IMG/VR virus record: IMGVR_UViG_3300035191_000065
Source: an uncultured virus (IMG/VR IMGVR_UViG_3300035191_000065)
Taxonomy: Duplodnaviria; Heunggongvirae; Uroviricota; Caudoviricetes
DNA: 64,000 bases
Strand: one strand, 5' to 3'
In this document: piece by piece, positions 9,765 to 17,824 of the stretch
How the letters are laid out: every line of letters starts with the position of its first letter
Numbering within the stretch: the stretch's first letter is position 1
Made by a program: the position numbers and the translations under genes
Notes under the pieces: model-generated
What the model saw: the letters and a program-made list of their open reading frames with translations, nothing else
Database searches by the model: none
Told to the model about the DNA's origin: nothing

Positions 9765-10246
9765 TGTATACAAGAGCCCGTCAAGGCCTTGGCTGGACCG
9801 GTGGTTTTACCGTTCCAGGTCAGGAACATCGTTTCTCTCAGCAAACGTGCTCAGGTCCAGCCGCGAACCCAATGGACCCGAGCAGTGACCTCATCTGTGG
9901 TCGCTCCGCCGAGATTCAATACTTGCAGCGCATCGGATGTAGAACAGTTGGCTTCCAAGGAAACCACCACTGCTATACCGATGAGGGTAACCAGGGAGTT
10001 TTCTACTGCTGCCCGCCTGGAGTCCTCGACGCTGAGCTGGCCCGAGCAGCAGCGATTCCTGCACCCAGAGATGGACAGCAGGTGGCGGCGTCCATGATCC
10101 CTGCTGCTGCAACCGCAGCGGGCGCCGGTATCGGCATGGGCATCGGAACCGTCCTAGTGACGGTGGGTGTCATGGGTATCGGTGGATATCTCGTCTGGCG
10201 ATGGGCGAAGAATCGCCAGGAGGAGATGGAGCTGGAGGGATACTGA
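9764..10246 (+). CDS. GLG-leader protein: CCPP module and TM
   Basis: TGATG-coupled start MYTRARQGLGW; FYCCPPG; TM and acidic tail. Confidence 0.75.
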   Translation: MYTRARQGLGWTGGFTVPGQEHRFSQQTCSGPAANPMDPSSDLICGRSAEIQYLQRIGCRTVGFQGNHHCYTDEGNQGVFYCCPPGVLDAELARAAAIPAPRDGQQVAASMIPAAATAAGAGIGMGIGTVLVTVGVMGIGGYLVWRWAKNRQEEMELEGY

Positions 10247-10584
10247 TGTACATCTACACGACGAAGGGTCGACAGCTCTCTCCTCTGAGCACCCTCGTTC
10301 CCTACAATCCTGCTCGACCTCTCCTTCCTCAGGGAATGGGAACGAACGGAGACCAGGTCACGCAGACGGCGTCTATGGTGACGGATCAGGCGACTCGGTT
10401 CAATTTTTGGGTAAAGGTCGCTCTTGCGATGGCGGTTGGTGCCGTCGGCTTTGCTCTTTACAACAAGCTTAGAAGTGAGCCGATGTACCCGAATATGCTG
10501 GCCCCATGGCCGGCGATTGGGCCGACGTTCGCCTATGCGGACGGTATTGGTAGAGCGTTCTCGCTCGTTCCCTTCGTTGTGTGA
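10246..10584 (+). CDS. Small GMG-motif membrane protein
   Basis: TGATG-coupled start MYIYTT; GMGTNG; one TM. Confidence 0.7.
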   Translation: MYIYTTKGRQLSPLSTLVPYNPARPLLPQGMGTNGDQVTQTASMVTDQATRFNFWVKVALAMAVGAVGFALYNKLRSEPMYPNMLAPWPAIGPTFAYADGIGRAFSLVPFVV

Positions 10585-10592
10585 GGTGTGAC

Positions 10593-11276
10593 ATGTATAT
10601 GCGGACAAGAACACGTCGGCCTTTGATGAGCCTTGGGGCACTCGGTTCCAATGGGGCATGGAGCTGGATCGGCCAATCATGCCGTGGAAGTGCCGACTTC
10701 CCGATGGCTGATGGCGAGGTCGCCTGCGTTCCTTCCGGGCAGGAGGGTCGAGCAGACAGTCGGGCTTGTGTTGGAGTGCAGGTTGGTGGTGAGCCCTATT
10801 GCGCTCAGCCAGACGCCACAGACGCTGGTGCGTACTACTGCTGCCCTCGACGTGACAAGGTGCGCGAGCTTCAGATGGCTATTCTTCGAGCAGGCTGTAG
10901 GCTGCCGACCTACGGCGCAGATGGTCTCTTCGGGTCCGAAACGCGTTCCGGGATCAACTGTTTGGCGCAGGCTGTCGGATGGGGAAGTATCGTTGGGCGA
11001 TATCCTGTTGTGCTTTCTTTGGTGGAGGTGCCGGAGGAATTTCGTCCACGGCCTGTAGCGGCAGCAGCGCCAGTCGCAACGCAACCCTCGCAGCCGATTC
11101 AGCCTACACCGGCCCGTTCTGAGTGGAACGCAACTTGGACCATTTTGGCAGTGGGTGTTGGTGGTATCGGTCTTTTCATCTTGATGCAGTACCTGATGAG
11201 CGGCCGAGGTGTCGGCGACGTGGACATTGAAGAGAGAGAGGCACGCTGGGTCGAGGCACCGACAGGCGCCTATTAA
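10593..11276 (+). CDS. Leader protein: CCP module, PG-binding domain, TM
   Basis: MYMR...SLGALGSNG; YYCCPR; VRELQMAIL...GADGLFGSET. Confidence 0.75.
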   Translation: MYMRTRTRRPLMSLGALGSNGAWSWIGQSCRGSADFPMADGEVACVPSGQEGRADSRACVGVQVGGEPYCAQPDATDAGAYYCCPRRDKVRELQMAILRAGCRLPTYGADGLFGSETRSGINCLAQAVGWGSIVGRYPVVLSLVEVPEEFRPRPVAAAAPVATQPSQPIQPTPARSEWNATWTILAVGVGGIGLFILMQYLMSGRGVGDVDIEEREARWVEAPTGAY

Positions 11277-11294
11277 AGAGGTTAAACATTTAAA

Positions 11295-12227
11295 ATGTAC
11301 GAATACCGAAGAACACCTGGTGGGCTTGGCGCTTTGGGCACAAACGGCGAAGGCCGTGATGGAGCCGATCTCCTTCGCGACGTTCAGACAGGTGTTCTCT
11401 CTCGGGGACAAGCCAGAGACGTCTGTTTTAACCTCGCCCCTGACAGGATCGGCACTGACTTTACGGAATGTCGACGACTATTTACGGCAGCAGAGGCGTG
11501 TCGAGTAGATTCAGGCGGCGCCCCATGCAGCAATTTTGAAGTTGCAACATATTGCAACGTGATGAGTCCTCCTAATATCCCCGGTGACTGTGATTACTAC
11601 TTGACCTTTGCAGAAGCTCTGAGCCCTGAAGAAATGAATCGACTTCCGGCGCCCACGGCCGAAGAAATCGTAGAGGCAGAGGGTCTTCTGACGAGATTTG
11701 CGGAGAATGTTGCTGCCGCTGGAAGAAGGATTGCTCGCACTGTTTTGCCGCCCGACCCTCAGGTAGAGGCAGTGCAGAACGCAGTCATTGCTGCTGGATG
11801 TACTCTCCCCCGCTATGGGGTCGATGGTCGATGGGGCGATGAGACCGAGGCCGGCGTCCGATGCCTTGCTGCTCGCCAGAGCTGGCAACAGGTCGTTCAG
11901 CAGTTCCCGACTGTCGCTCAGAGGATGACCGTTCCATCCGGCCCTCCTCCCGTTACGACTACACCAACGACGTTCCCGACGGGTGTCGCTACCGTAGTGA
12001 AGCCATCGTTTTCTCCGCTACCTGTGCCTCCCAGCGTCGCGCAGCAACCGCCGCGAGTTCAAACCGCGTCGATGGGGCCTTCGATTCCGACAACCGGACT
12101 TCCATCCTGGGTCCCGTGGGCTGCTGCAGGCTTTGGTCTTCTGGGGATCATCGTCCTTGGTGCCTACATGACTCGAAAGAAGGAAGAAGAGTTCGAGTTC
12201 GAGGAGGAGCGCTATGGGCGGTTTTAG
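11295..12227 (+). CDS. GLG-leader protein: Cys-rich domain, PG-binding domain, Pro/Thr stalk, TM
   Basis: MYEYRRTPGGLGALGTNG; GVDGRWGDET; TM similar to that of the 9345 gene. Confidence 0.8.
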   Translation: MYEYRRTPGGLGALGTNGEGRDGADLLRDVQTGVLSRGQARDVCFNLAPDRIGTDFTECRRLFTAAEACRVDSGGAPCSNFEVATYCNVMSPPNIPGDCDYYLTFAEALSPEEMNRLPAPTAEEIVEAEGLLTRFAENVAAAGRRIARTVLPPDPQVEAVQNAVIAAGCTLPRYGVDGRWGDETEAGVRCLAARQSWQQVVQQFPTVAQRMTVPSGPPPVTTTPTTFPTGVATVVKPSFSPLPVPPSVAQQPPRVQTASMGPSIPTTGLPSWVPWAAAGFGLLGIIVLGAYMTRKKEEEFEFEEERYGRF

Positions 12228-12651
12228 GCAGATGTACGGCCTCGGTTGGTCGGACGTCGTCGGTCATCCGATGTGTCCTGACTATCCGGGCTACGAGCAG
12301 CGCTGTTTTCGAACGACGACCGTTGATGGTCAGCCGCCCGAGCAAGATTTCGCTCGTGCTCAGGGGTGCGCTCCGATCAATCAGCCTTGCAGCACCTCAC
12401 CGGCTGGAAACCCGGGTCTCGTCTGGTGCTGTCCTCCTGGTTGGCCGCGTCCACCGGGGTCGCCTCCTCTGGAACCGGGTCAGACGCCGCCTGCGCCGCC
12501 TGCGCCACCGGGTATCGGTCGATGGTTTCAGCAGTCATCGAGCCGGTGGTGGTTCTGGCTTGGAGCACTTGGTCTCGCTGGCATCGCCTTTTTTGGCTAC
12601 AAGGAGTACGAGGCGAAGCGAGAAGAGCTGGAACTCGAAGAGGAGTTCTGA
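12214..12651 (+). CDS. GLG-leader protein: CCPP module and TM
   Basis: MYGLGW (alternative start 12232); VWCCPPG; acidic tail. Confidence 0.75.
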   Translation: MGGFRQMYGLGWSDVVGHPMCPDYPGYEQRCFRTTTVDGQPPEQDFARAQGCAPINQPCSTSPAGNPGLVWCCPPGWPRPPGSPPLEPGQTPPAPPAPPGIGRWFQQSSSRWWFWLGALGLAGIAFFGYKEYEAKREELELEEEF

Positions 12652-12654
12652 TCC

Positions 12655-13107
12655 ATGTACGAATACAACCCCAGAGGGATGGGCTGGTCGCAGGTCAATG
12701 AACCTCCAACGTTCGGTCAGATCTTCAGCGGAGAGAGGACACAGAAGCAGTGCTTGGAGTTTCCAGGGGGGAATCAATACTGTTTCGTGGAGCCGGATGA
12801 ATACCAGTTCGCTTATGACAGAGCTTGTGAGCGAATTGGGTGGCCTTGCAACACCGCGGAGAATAATGCTGGTGCCGTCTGGTGCTGTCCTCCTGGATTC
12901 CCAGACTTCCCAGTGCAGCCCGCCGAGCCAGCTCCGGTAGAGCCAGAACCGCAACCGCAGCCTCAGCCAGTGCCTACTTCTCCTCAGCCTCCAGCTTTGC
13001 CGCAGGTGGCATCTGCCTCGATGTTTGGTCCGGTCGTGGCGTTGTTGGCTCTCGGGGTCGGCGGCTGGTTTGGGTATCGGTATTTGAAGAGAGAGGGGCA
13101 CATCTGA
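12655..13107 (+). CDS. GMG-leader protein: CCPP module, PQ stalk, TM
   Basis: MYEYNPRGMGW; VWCCPPG. Confidence 0.75.
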   Translation: MYEYNPRGMGWSQVNEPPTFGQIFSGERTQKQCLEFPGGNQYCFVEPDEYQFAYDRACERIGWPCNTAENNAGAVWCCPPGFPDFPVQPAEPAPVEPEPQPQPQPVPTSPQPPALPQVASASMFGPVVALLALGVGGWFGYRYLKREGHI

Positions 13108-13760
13108 TGTACGAGTACAACAGAAGACCTGGCGGTCTCGGTGCTCTCGGCTGGTCTGTGATGAGCAGTTGGGATTTGGCCCCGCTCTTTGGTCGTCCTC
13201 AGTGTATGTGTACGACGGATGACGTAGGAAGACAGTATCCTCCGGACGAAGTTTGCTTCATGGAGGATCCACAGAACGCTGGTGAAGTTTATCCTCCAGA
13301 CCTCAACGTCGCCAACCTCTACGGCTGCGTTCAGAATATGCAGACGTTTCTCACCGGAGATGAGCCGAAGCGCTGTGAGACTGCTTCTGGTAACCCCGGT
13401 TTTTGCTTTTGCTGCCCGAGTGGAACACCGCGGGCCGATCCCGAGACTCCGGAGGCCGCTCAGATTCGTGAGGAGGAGGCACAGCTCCCTTTGCCGCCCG
13501 AGATTCCCGGTCTTCCGACGGTGGAACCTCCTACGACTACGCAGCCGCCTGTTCAGTCTCCGACGAAAGAGCTTCCTCCTGAAGGATCGACACCGACAGC
13601 GAGGATCACGACGACGCCGATCACTGGCATCGGAAAGATTCTGTCCGATCCAAAGGTTTGGGTTGCTGTAGGCATCCTGGGGACGGCGGCTTATCTCGGC
13701 AAGCGCTACTTCGACCGGAAGCGAGAAGAGCGCATGCTGTTCTCAGAGGAGATGGGCTGA
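13107..13760 (+). CDS. GLG-leader protein: CCP module, Pro/Thr stalk, TM
   Basis: TGATG-coupled start MYEYNRRPGGLGALGW; CFCCPSG. Confidence 0.75.
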   Translation: MYEYNRRPGGLGALGWSVMSSWDLAPLFGRPQCMCTTDDVGRQYPPDEVCFMEDPQNAGEVYPPDLNVANLYGCVQNMQTFLTGDEPKRCETASGNPGFCFCCPSGTPRADPETPEAAQIREEEAQLPLPPEIPGLPTVEPPTTTQPPVQSPTKELPPEGSTPTARITTTPITGIGKILSDPKVWVAVGILGTAAYLGKRYFDRKREERMLFSEEMG

Positions 13761-14434
13761 TGTACGAGTACTCGACAGGGCTCGGGCTCGTCGGCCCCGG
13801 CTGGACGGATATTTCTGGTAACCCCCCCTGCTCAGAAGTTGTTGGAGGGGGTGTCACTCGATGCTTCGAGAATACGGCAGATGCAGGGGCGTGTGCTCGT
13901 GAGGGGGGATGCGTTCCTTCTGCCAGAGGGCAGACGTGTTCGGTTGAGGGAGTGGCTGGTTCGACGTGGTGCTGTCCACCCCACTGGCCTCGTCCTTTCC
14001 TGGCATGTCCTACTCAGGCTGGTGGGCGGATAGAGCCTTCGGTAGCGACGTGTCAGTCCCATCGCGTCGACAGGAACAGCCTGACGACGTCTCGTTCACG
14101 GGTCATTTGGGATATTCAATCGCGTCTTTGCTCAATGGGTATTGATCCGGGTCCGATTGATGGTGTTGGGGAAGCAACGTCATTCGCAGCGGCTATTCGG
14201 GCATCCCAAGCGCGCGGTGGTATTCCGCAGACAGGGACCCCGGATCAAGCGACTCTCTTTCGGATGGGGTTCTCTGCGGCTGATGCTCAGAGGATGGCCG
14301 GAACTCTTGTACCGGCCGGACCAGGAGGTGGATTCGATCTTGGCATTCAGCTCCCATGGGCTCTTGTGATTGGGACCTCTGCAGCGGCCATGTTCATGCT
14401 TTACGCCGCATGGAAGTTCAAGAAGAGGTCGTGA
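13760..14434 (+). CDS. GLG-leader protein: CCPP module, PG-binding domain, TM
   Basis: TGATG-coupled start MYEYSTGLG; TWCCPPH; IQSRLCSMGIDPGPIDG...AIRASQARGGIPQTG. Confidence 0.78.
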   Translation: MYEYSTGLGLVGPGWTDISGNPPCSEVVGGGVTRCFENTADAGACAREGGCVPSARGQTCSVEGVAGSTWCCPPHWPRPFLACPTQAGGRIEPSVATCQSHRVDRNSLTTSRSRVIWDIQSRLCSMGIDPGPIDGVGEATSFAAAIRASQARGGIPQTGTPDQATLFRMGFSAADAQRMAGTLVPAGPGGGFDLGIQLPWALVIGTSAAAMFMLYAAWKFKKRS

Positions 14435-14706
14435 TGGAGCGAAACTTCGGACCAATTGCTGCTGCTGCCTATCCGATCCTCATCGGTGGTTCGTTGATTT
14501 TTGCCGGTATGGCCTTTGGTGCGTTTCAACAGAACGGAACGACGGAAGTTCAGGACCAGCAGCAGCAGATTGAGGAGCAGCGACGACGTGCAGCGGCGGC
14601 TCAGTCGCAAGCAATGTACGGGCTGCTCGTTCCGATGGGGATGATCGCAATCCCAGCGACAGCCATCCTGGGGATGTATTTTATCCTAAGGAAGAGAGAG
14701 CGATAG
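14434..14706 (+). CDS. Small two-TM protein
   Basis: Coupled start MERNFG; two hydrophobic helices around a Q/R-rich coil. Confidence 0.7.
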   Translation: MERNFGPIAAAAYPILIGGSLIFAGMAFGAFQQNGTTEVQDQQQQIEEQRRRAAAAQSQAMYGLLVPMGMIAIPATAILGMYFILRKRER

Positions 14707-15003
14707 ATGCAGCCAAATCCATGGTGGGTCCCTGCTCTGTTGTATGGCGTTCCGTTGGTTGTTGGTACGGGATGGGCTGGCTATGCCATATCGCGTTCAG
14801 TGTCCGAGGGAGAGAGGGAGAGGCTGGAGCAACAGAGGCAACAGGCTATTCGACAAGAAGAGCAAGCCCGTGTTGCGCAATTGCAGACGCAAATGATGAT
14901 CGAGCAGATGCGCCCATGGATGTGGGCATCTGTTCCGGCGATGGTGCTCATTGGGGCGTACCTCTTGCACAAGTCTAAGCAGGAGGAGGTGGAGGAGCTG
15001 TGA
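14707..15003 (+). CDS. Small two-TM protein, same architecture as the preceding gene
   Basis: MQPNPWW; TM, Q/E/R coil, TM, acidic tail. Confidence 0.7.
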   Translation: MQPNPWWVPALLYGVPLVVGTGWAGYAISRSVSEGERERLEQQRQQAIRQEEQARVAQLQTQMMIEQMRPWMWASVPAMVLIGAYLLHKSKQEEVEEL

Positions 15004-15404
15004 GGCCCGGAGTTAATTACGGCGCGATCGCGACCAATGGAATGTACAGCGTTTGGGATTGGACGACCGGGAAGTACAAATACTATCAGGCTCCAGAGCC
15101 TGATCGTCCCAAGTACGGTGAGGAAGTCCCGCCGCCGCCTTTTTCGCCAGCGCTCGGAAGCGCTCTCGGCGAAGCCCCAGATACCTCGGGCCACAGTCTT
15201 CCACCAAGGGCGAAGTATGTTGGAACAGGCTCTCTCGCAATGGGTGAAATTGTTTCCGAGGTGAGCACCCAGACACCGATCAATCCATGGCTGTGCGTTG
15301 GGTTAGCGATCGTCGTTCCGACGGCACTTCTCTGGCTGACAACCAGACTTGATAATCGTCCTCAGGACGAAAGATTCGGTACCTTCGAGTCGGAGATGGA
15401 GTAG
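15000..15404 (+). CDS. Membrane-anchored protein
   Basis: GTG start overlapping the previous stop; ALGSALG; C-terminal TM. Confidence 0.7.
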   Translation: MRPGVNYGAIATNGMYSVWDWTTGKYKYYQAPEPDRPKYGEEVPPPPFSPALGSALGEAPDTSGHSLPPRAKYVGTGSLAMGEIVSEVSTQTPINPWLCVGLAIVVPTALLWLTTRLDNRPQDERFGTFESEME

Positions 15405-15406
15405 AC

Positions 15407-16159
15407 ATGGCTCGCAGTAGGCGGCGCGTCCAAGTGCGCGATATTCTCAATGACCCGATCGAACGACGCGAACTGATGATCAGGACGATCATCGCAACGC
15501 AGGCTCGTGAGGGGATCACCGTCACTCGCGAGCGAGCTGAAGAGGTCTATGACAAGATTCAGCGAGAGCTGCGTCATCAGCGTCCGAACCCAGGTTCGCC
15601 CATCGAGCGAAACGACGCAAGGTCGGCGCAGGCTGCAGCGAAAACGTTCAAGCGCTTTCACTCGCGCAAGAAACTTGAACCGGTCTTCCCTTTTCACGGG
15701 CAGGAGCACTCGGTATTCGAGCTGGAAGGTGTTGACTGGCCTGAGCAGGTGAGCTTACTCGGTGTCGCAATGCGAACGCTCTATGAGAGTGACAAATGGC
15801 ACCAGCGCGGTGAGACCGTCGAGTACTACCACGATCACGATCGAAACGTTGTGAAGTTCATGGTTCCTTCAGATGAGGGAGGCGCACTCGAACCAGTGCA
15901 GCTTCCTTACGGTTGGCCAGAAGAGGTGATGCTCATCGGAGAGTGTATTGGATTCGTCGTTCGGCCCCTGGATACTGGAGAGATCACCGAGGGTACGATG
16001 AAGGGAAAGAACGTTTTGGTCGCGTCACCTGACGGGTGGGTTGATCCGCGGCGACCGAACCGAGTTTTCTTGGCGATCATCAACCTGGACGGAGGAGGAG
16101 TCGAGAGTGTCATAGACGGCCCCAACCTCCGCATCACCTCACATGGGATCGAGGGGTGA
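15407..16159 (+). CDS. Soluble hypothetical protein with two regions joined at RPNP
   Basis: 250-aa ORF with GGAG RBS; basic helical N-terminal part and a beta-rich C-terminal part. Confidence 0.75.
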   Translation: MARSRRRVQVRDILNDPIERRELMIRTIIATQAREGITVTRERAEEVYDKIQRELRHQRPNPGSPIERNDARSAQAAAKTFKRFHSRKKLEPVFPFHGQEHSVFELEGVDWPEQVSLLGVAMRTLYESDKWHQRGETVEYYHDHDRNVVKFMVPSDEGGALEPVQLPYGWPEEVMLIGECIGFVVRPLDTGEITEGTMKGKNVLVASPDGWVDPRRPNRVFLAIINLDGGGVESVIDGPNLRITSHGIEG

Positions 16160-16160
16160 T

Positions 16161-16502
16161 ATGAGCTACGAGTACACAACAAAAAGCTCGATGGGTGGCG
16201 CTGCTGGTGGTCAGTCTGGTGGGAGTGTCACTCTTCGTGTAGCACCGTGCGGGCAGCGTGCTCCAAACCGGGAGCTTCAGGCCGAGCTGGACGAGTGGTA
16301 TCCGGGGATTATGCCTCGTGTTGTAGGTCGTCTCGATATCAACTGTTACGTGGGCTCGACACAAAGCTATCGATTCTCTTACGCCACAAGTCCTCATAAG
16401 GCATACCGCGTTAGGATCATTGGGCACCTGCGCGACATAAAACAGGTGGAGAACTTCAAGGGCGGCACCCACAAGGTGTTTGACGTCGTTCAAAAGTCAT
16501 AA
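16161..16502 (+). CDS. YEY-leader soluble protein
   Basis: Start reassigned to MSYEYTTKSSMGG; no TM. Confidence 0.7.
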   Translation: MSYEYTTKSSMGGAAGGQSGGSVTLRVAPCGQRAPNRELQAELDEWYPGIMPRVVGRLDINCYVGSTQSYRFSYATSPHKAYRVRIIGHLRDIKQVENFKGGTHKVFDVVQKS

Positions 16503-16514
16503 AGGAGATTGGCG

Positions 16515-16868
16515 ATGCTGGGATATTGGGAAGAAGCTGTTGGGATGGGGCAACCGGAGACCTCGATGGGGAACTTCGGACTTGTCCTGGCGCAGTTCGC
16601 GCTCGGCGGAGCTGCTGCTGCCATCGTTTCTCCAATGGACCGCAAGTACGCCGTCATTGAGGGCGGCGTCGCTGCTGTTGCGCTGGCACAAGCCGCTCAG
16701 GCGATTGTTCCGATGAGTGGGGTCCTGTTCTGGTTGCGAACGTTTGCTATTCCATCTGGTGCAGGTGCGGTCGTCGGGATTTGGCAACAGAAGCAATGGG
16801 AGCGAGAGCTGAGGGCAAGCTACGAGCTGGATCGAGCGCAGCGTCTTGCTTCTCGCGCAAGGGCGTAG
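16515..16868 (+). CDS. GMG-motif multi-TM protein
   Basis: MLGYWEEAVGMG; hydrophobic Gly/Ala-rich helices. Confidence 0.7.
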   Translation: MLGYWEEAVGMGQPETSMGNFGLVLAQFALGGAAAAIVSPMDRKYAVIEGGVAAVALAQAAQAIVPMSGVLFWLRTFAIPSGAGAVVGIWQQKQWERELRASYELDRAQRLASRARA

Positions 16869-16877
16869 GAGGGGACG

Positions 16878-17381
16878 ATGTACGAGTACACTCCAGCGAC
16901 TTACGAGTCGATGATGGGATTCGGACTTGGTACAAATGGCAACGGCGCTGAGCCGGTGGCAGTTACCGTTCCTGGTTTGCAGCTCGAAGATCAGGCTTTT
17001 GTTGATACGGGCGTTCCAGCTCCTGCAGACAACGGAACGAGGGCTCTTGCCATCGGAGCTGGCGTCGGGGCACTCGCTCTTCTCCTGCTTGGGATCGTCG
17101 TGATTGGAATTGCCATGCCGTTCGCGCTCGGAGCTGCTGGTGCAGCGATTACCGGAGCGAAGGGATACAAGAAGGAGGCGGCGAAGAAGGGTGCCATCTA
17201 CGGCGGTCTTGCTGGTATTGGCGCGGGCATCGTGCTGACCATCGTCTCTGCTGGCCTCGAAAGTGTGAGTCAGGGCAGCGGTCGTTACGTTGGAGGCTCT
17301 GGTCTCGTTCCTTTCGCTGTCGGACTCTACATCGGCTACAAGCAGAAAGAACGTTTGCGTGAAGAAGGCGCAATCGATTAA
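16878..17381 (+). CDS. GLG-leader multi-TM protein
   Basis: MYEYTP...GFGLGTNG; 3-4 hydrophobic helices; GGAGG RBS. Confidence 0.75.
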   Translation: MYEYTPATYESMMGFGLGTNGNGAEPVAVTVPGLQLEDQAFVDTGVPAPADNGTRALAIGAGVGALALLLLGIVVIGIAMPFALGAAGAAITGAKGYKKEAAKKGAIYGGLAGIGAGIVLTIVSAGLESVSQGSGRYVGGSGLVPFAVGLYIGYKQKERLREEGAID

Positions 17382-17391
17382 GGAGGAGAGC

Positions 17392-17601
17392 ATGTCTTAC
17401 GAGTATCAGAGGGTGCAGGGTGGGCTAGGTGCAGCAGCACCTACTCGTGTGAGAACACATGCCCCCGTGCCGCCCGCTAGAGCTGTTTCGCTTTGTGCAT
17501 CATACGAAGAAGAATTGCGTTTGCGAGAACATGAGTTGCATTTGGCGACGCTGGAGCATCGAGCAGCACAGTTGCGCCTGCAGCGCTGCCGTCAGGGATA
17601 G
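17392..17601 (+). CDS. GLG-leader small coiled-coil peptide
   Basis: AGGAGG RBS then MSYEYQRVQGGLG. Confidence 0.7.
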   Translation: MSYEYQRVQGGLGAAAPTRVRTHAPVPPARAVSLCASYEEELRLREHELHLATLEHRAAQLRLQRCRQG

Positions 17602-17701
17602 AGTCAGATAAAAGCTCGCGCTCGTCTCTCCGATTTTCTGAGTTCCTGCCTACTTAAGGGTTCTTTTTAAAGAAAAAACGTCTTGAAGACGTTAAATACG
17701 C

Positions 17702-17731
17702 TTGACATCGTCCTCAGGACGAACGTAGTCT
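17702..17731 (+). promoter_or_regulatory. Sigma70-type promoter upstream of the core/capsid operon
   Basis: TTGACA-N18-TAGTCT with an AT-rich upstream tract; bracketed by two palindromes. Confidence 0.6.
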
Positions 17732-17824
17732 TGTAATCGTCTCGGTAAGCCTGTCCCAGCCCCATAGGATGGTGCCGAGAGAAAACCCAATCCCTCTCAG
17801 ACCTGAACAAGGGACAGGCTTAGT

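Noticed and set aside
11861..12940. 359-aa plus-strand ORF in an alternative frame
   Set aside because: Overlaps three well-supported leader-family genes and has no recognisable features.
7652..14434. Diversity-generating retroelement behind the paralog diversity
   Set aside because: No reverse transcriptase and no template/variable repeat pair with adenine-specific differences seen.
3287..17601. Double-glycine bacteriocin/RiPP leaders or type IV pilin leaders
   Set aside because: No C39 peptidase ABC transporter or modification enzymes nearby, and no G-F-x-x-x-E hydrophobic pilin N-terminus; cargo is anchored at the C-terminus.
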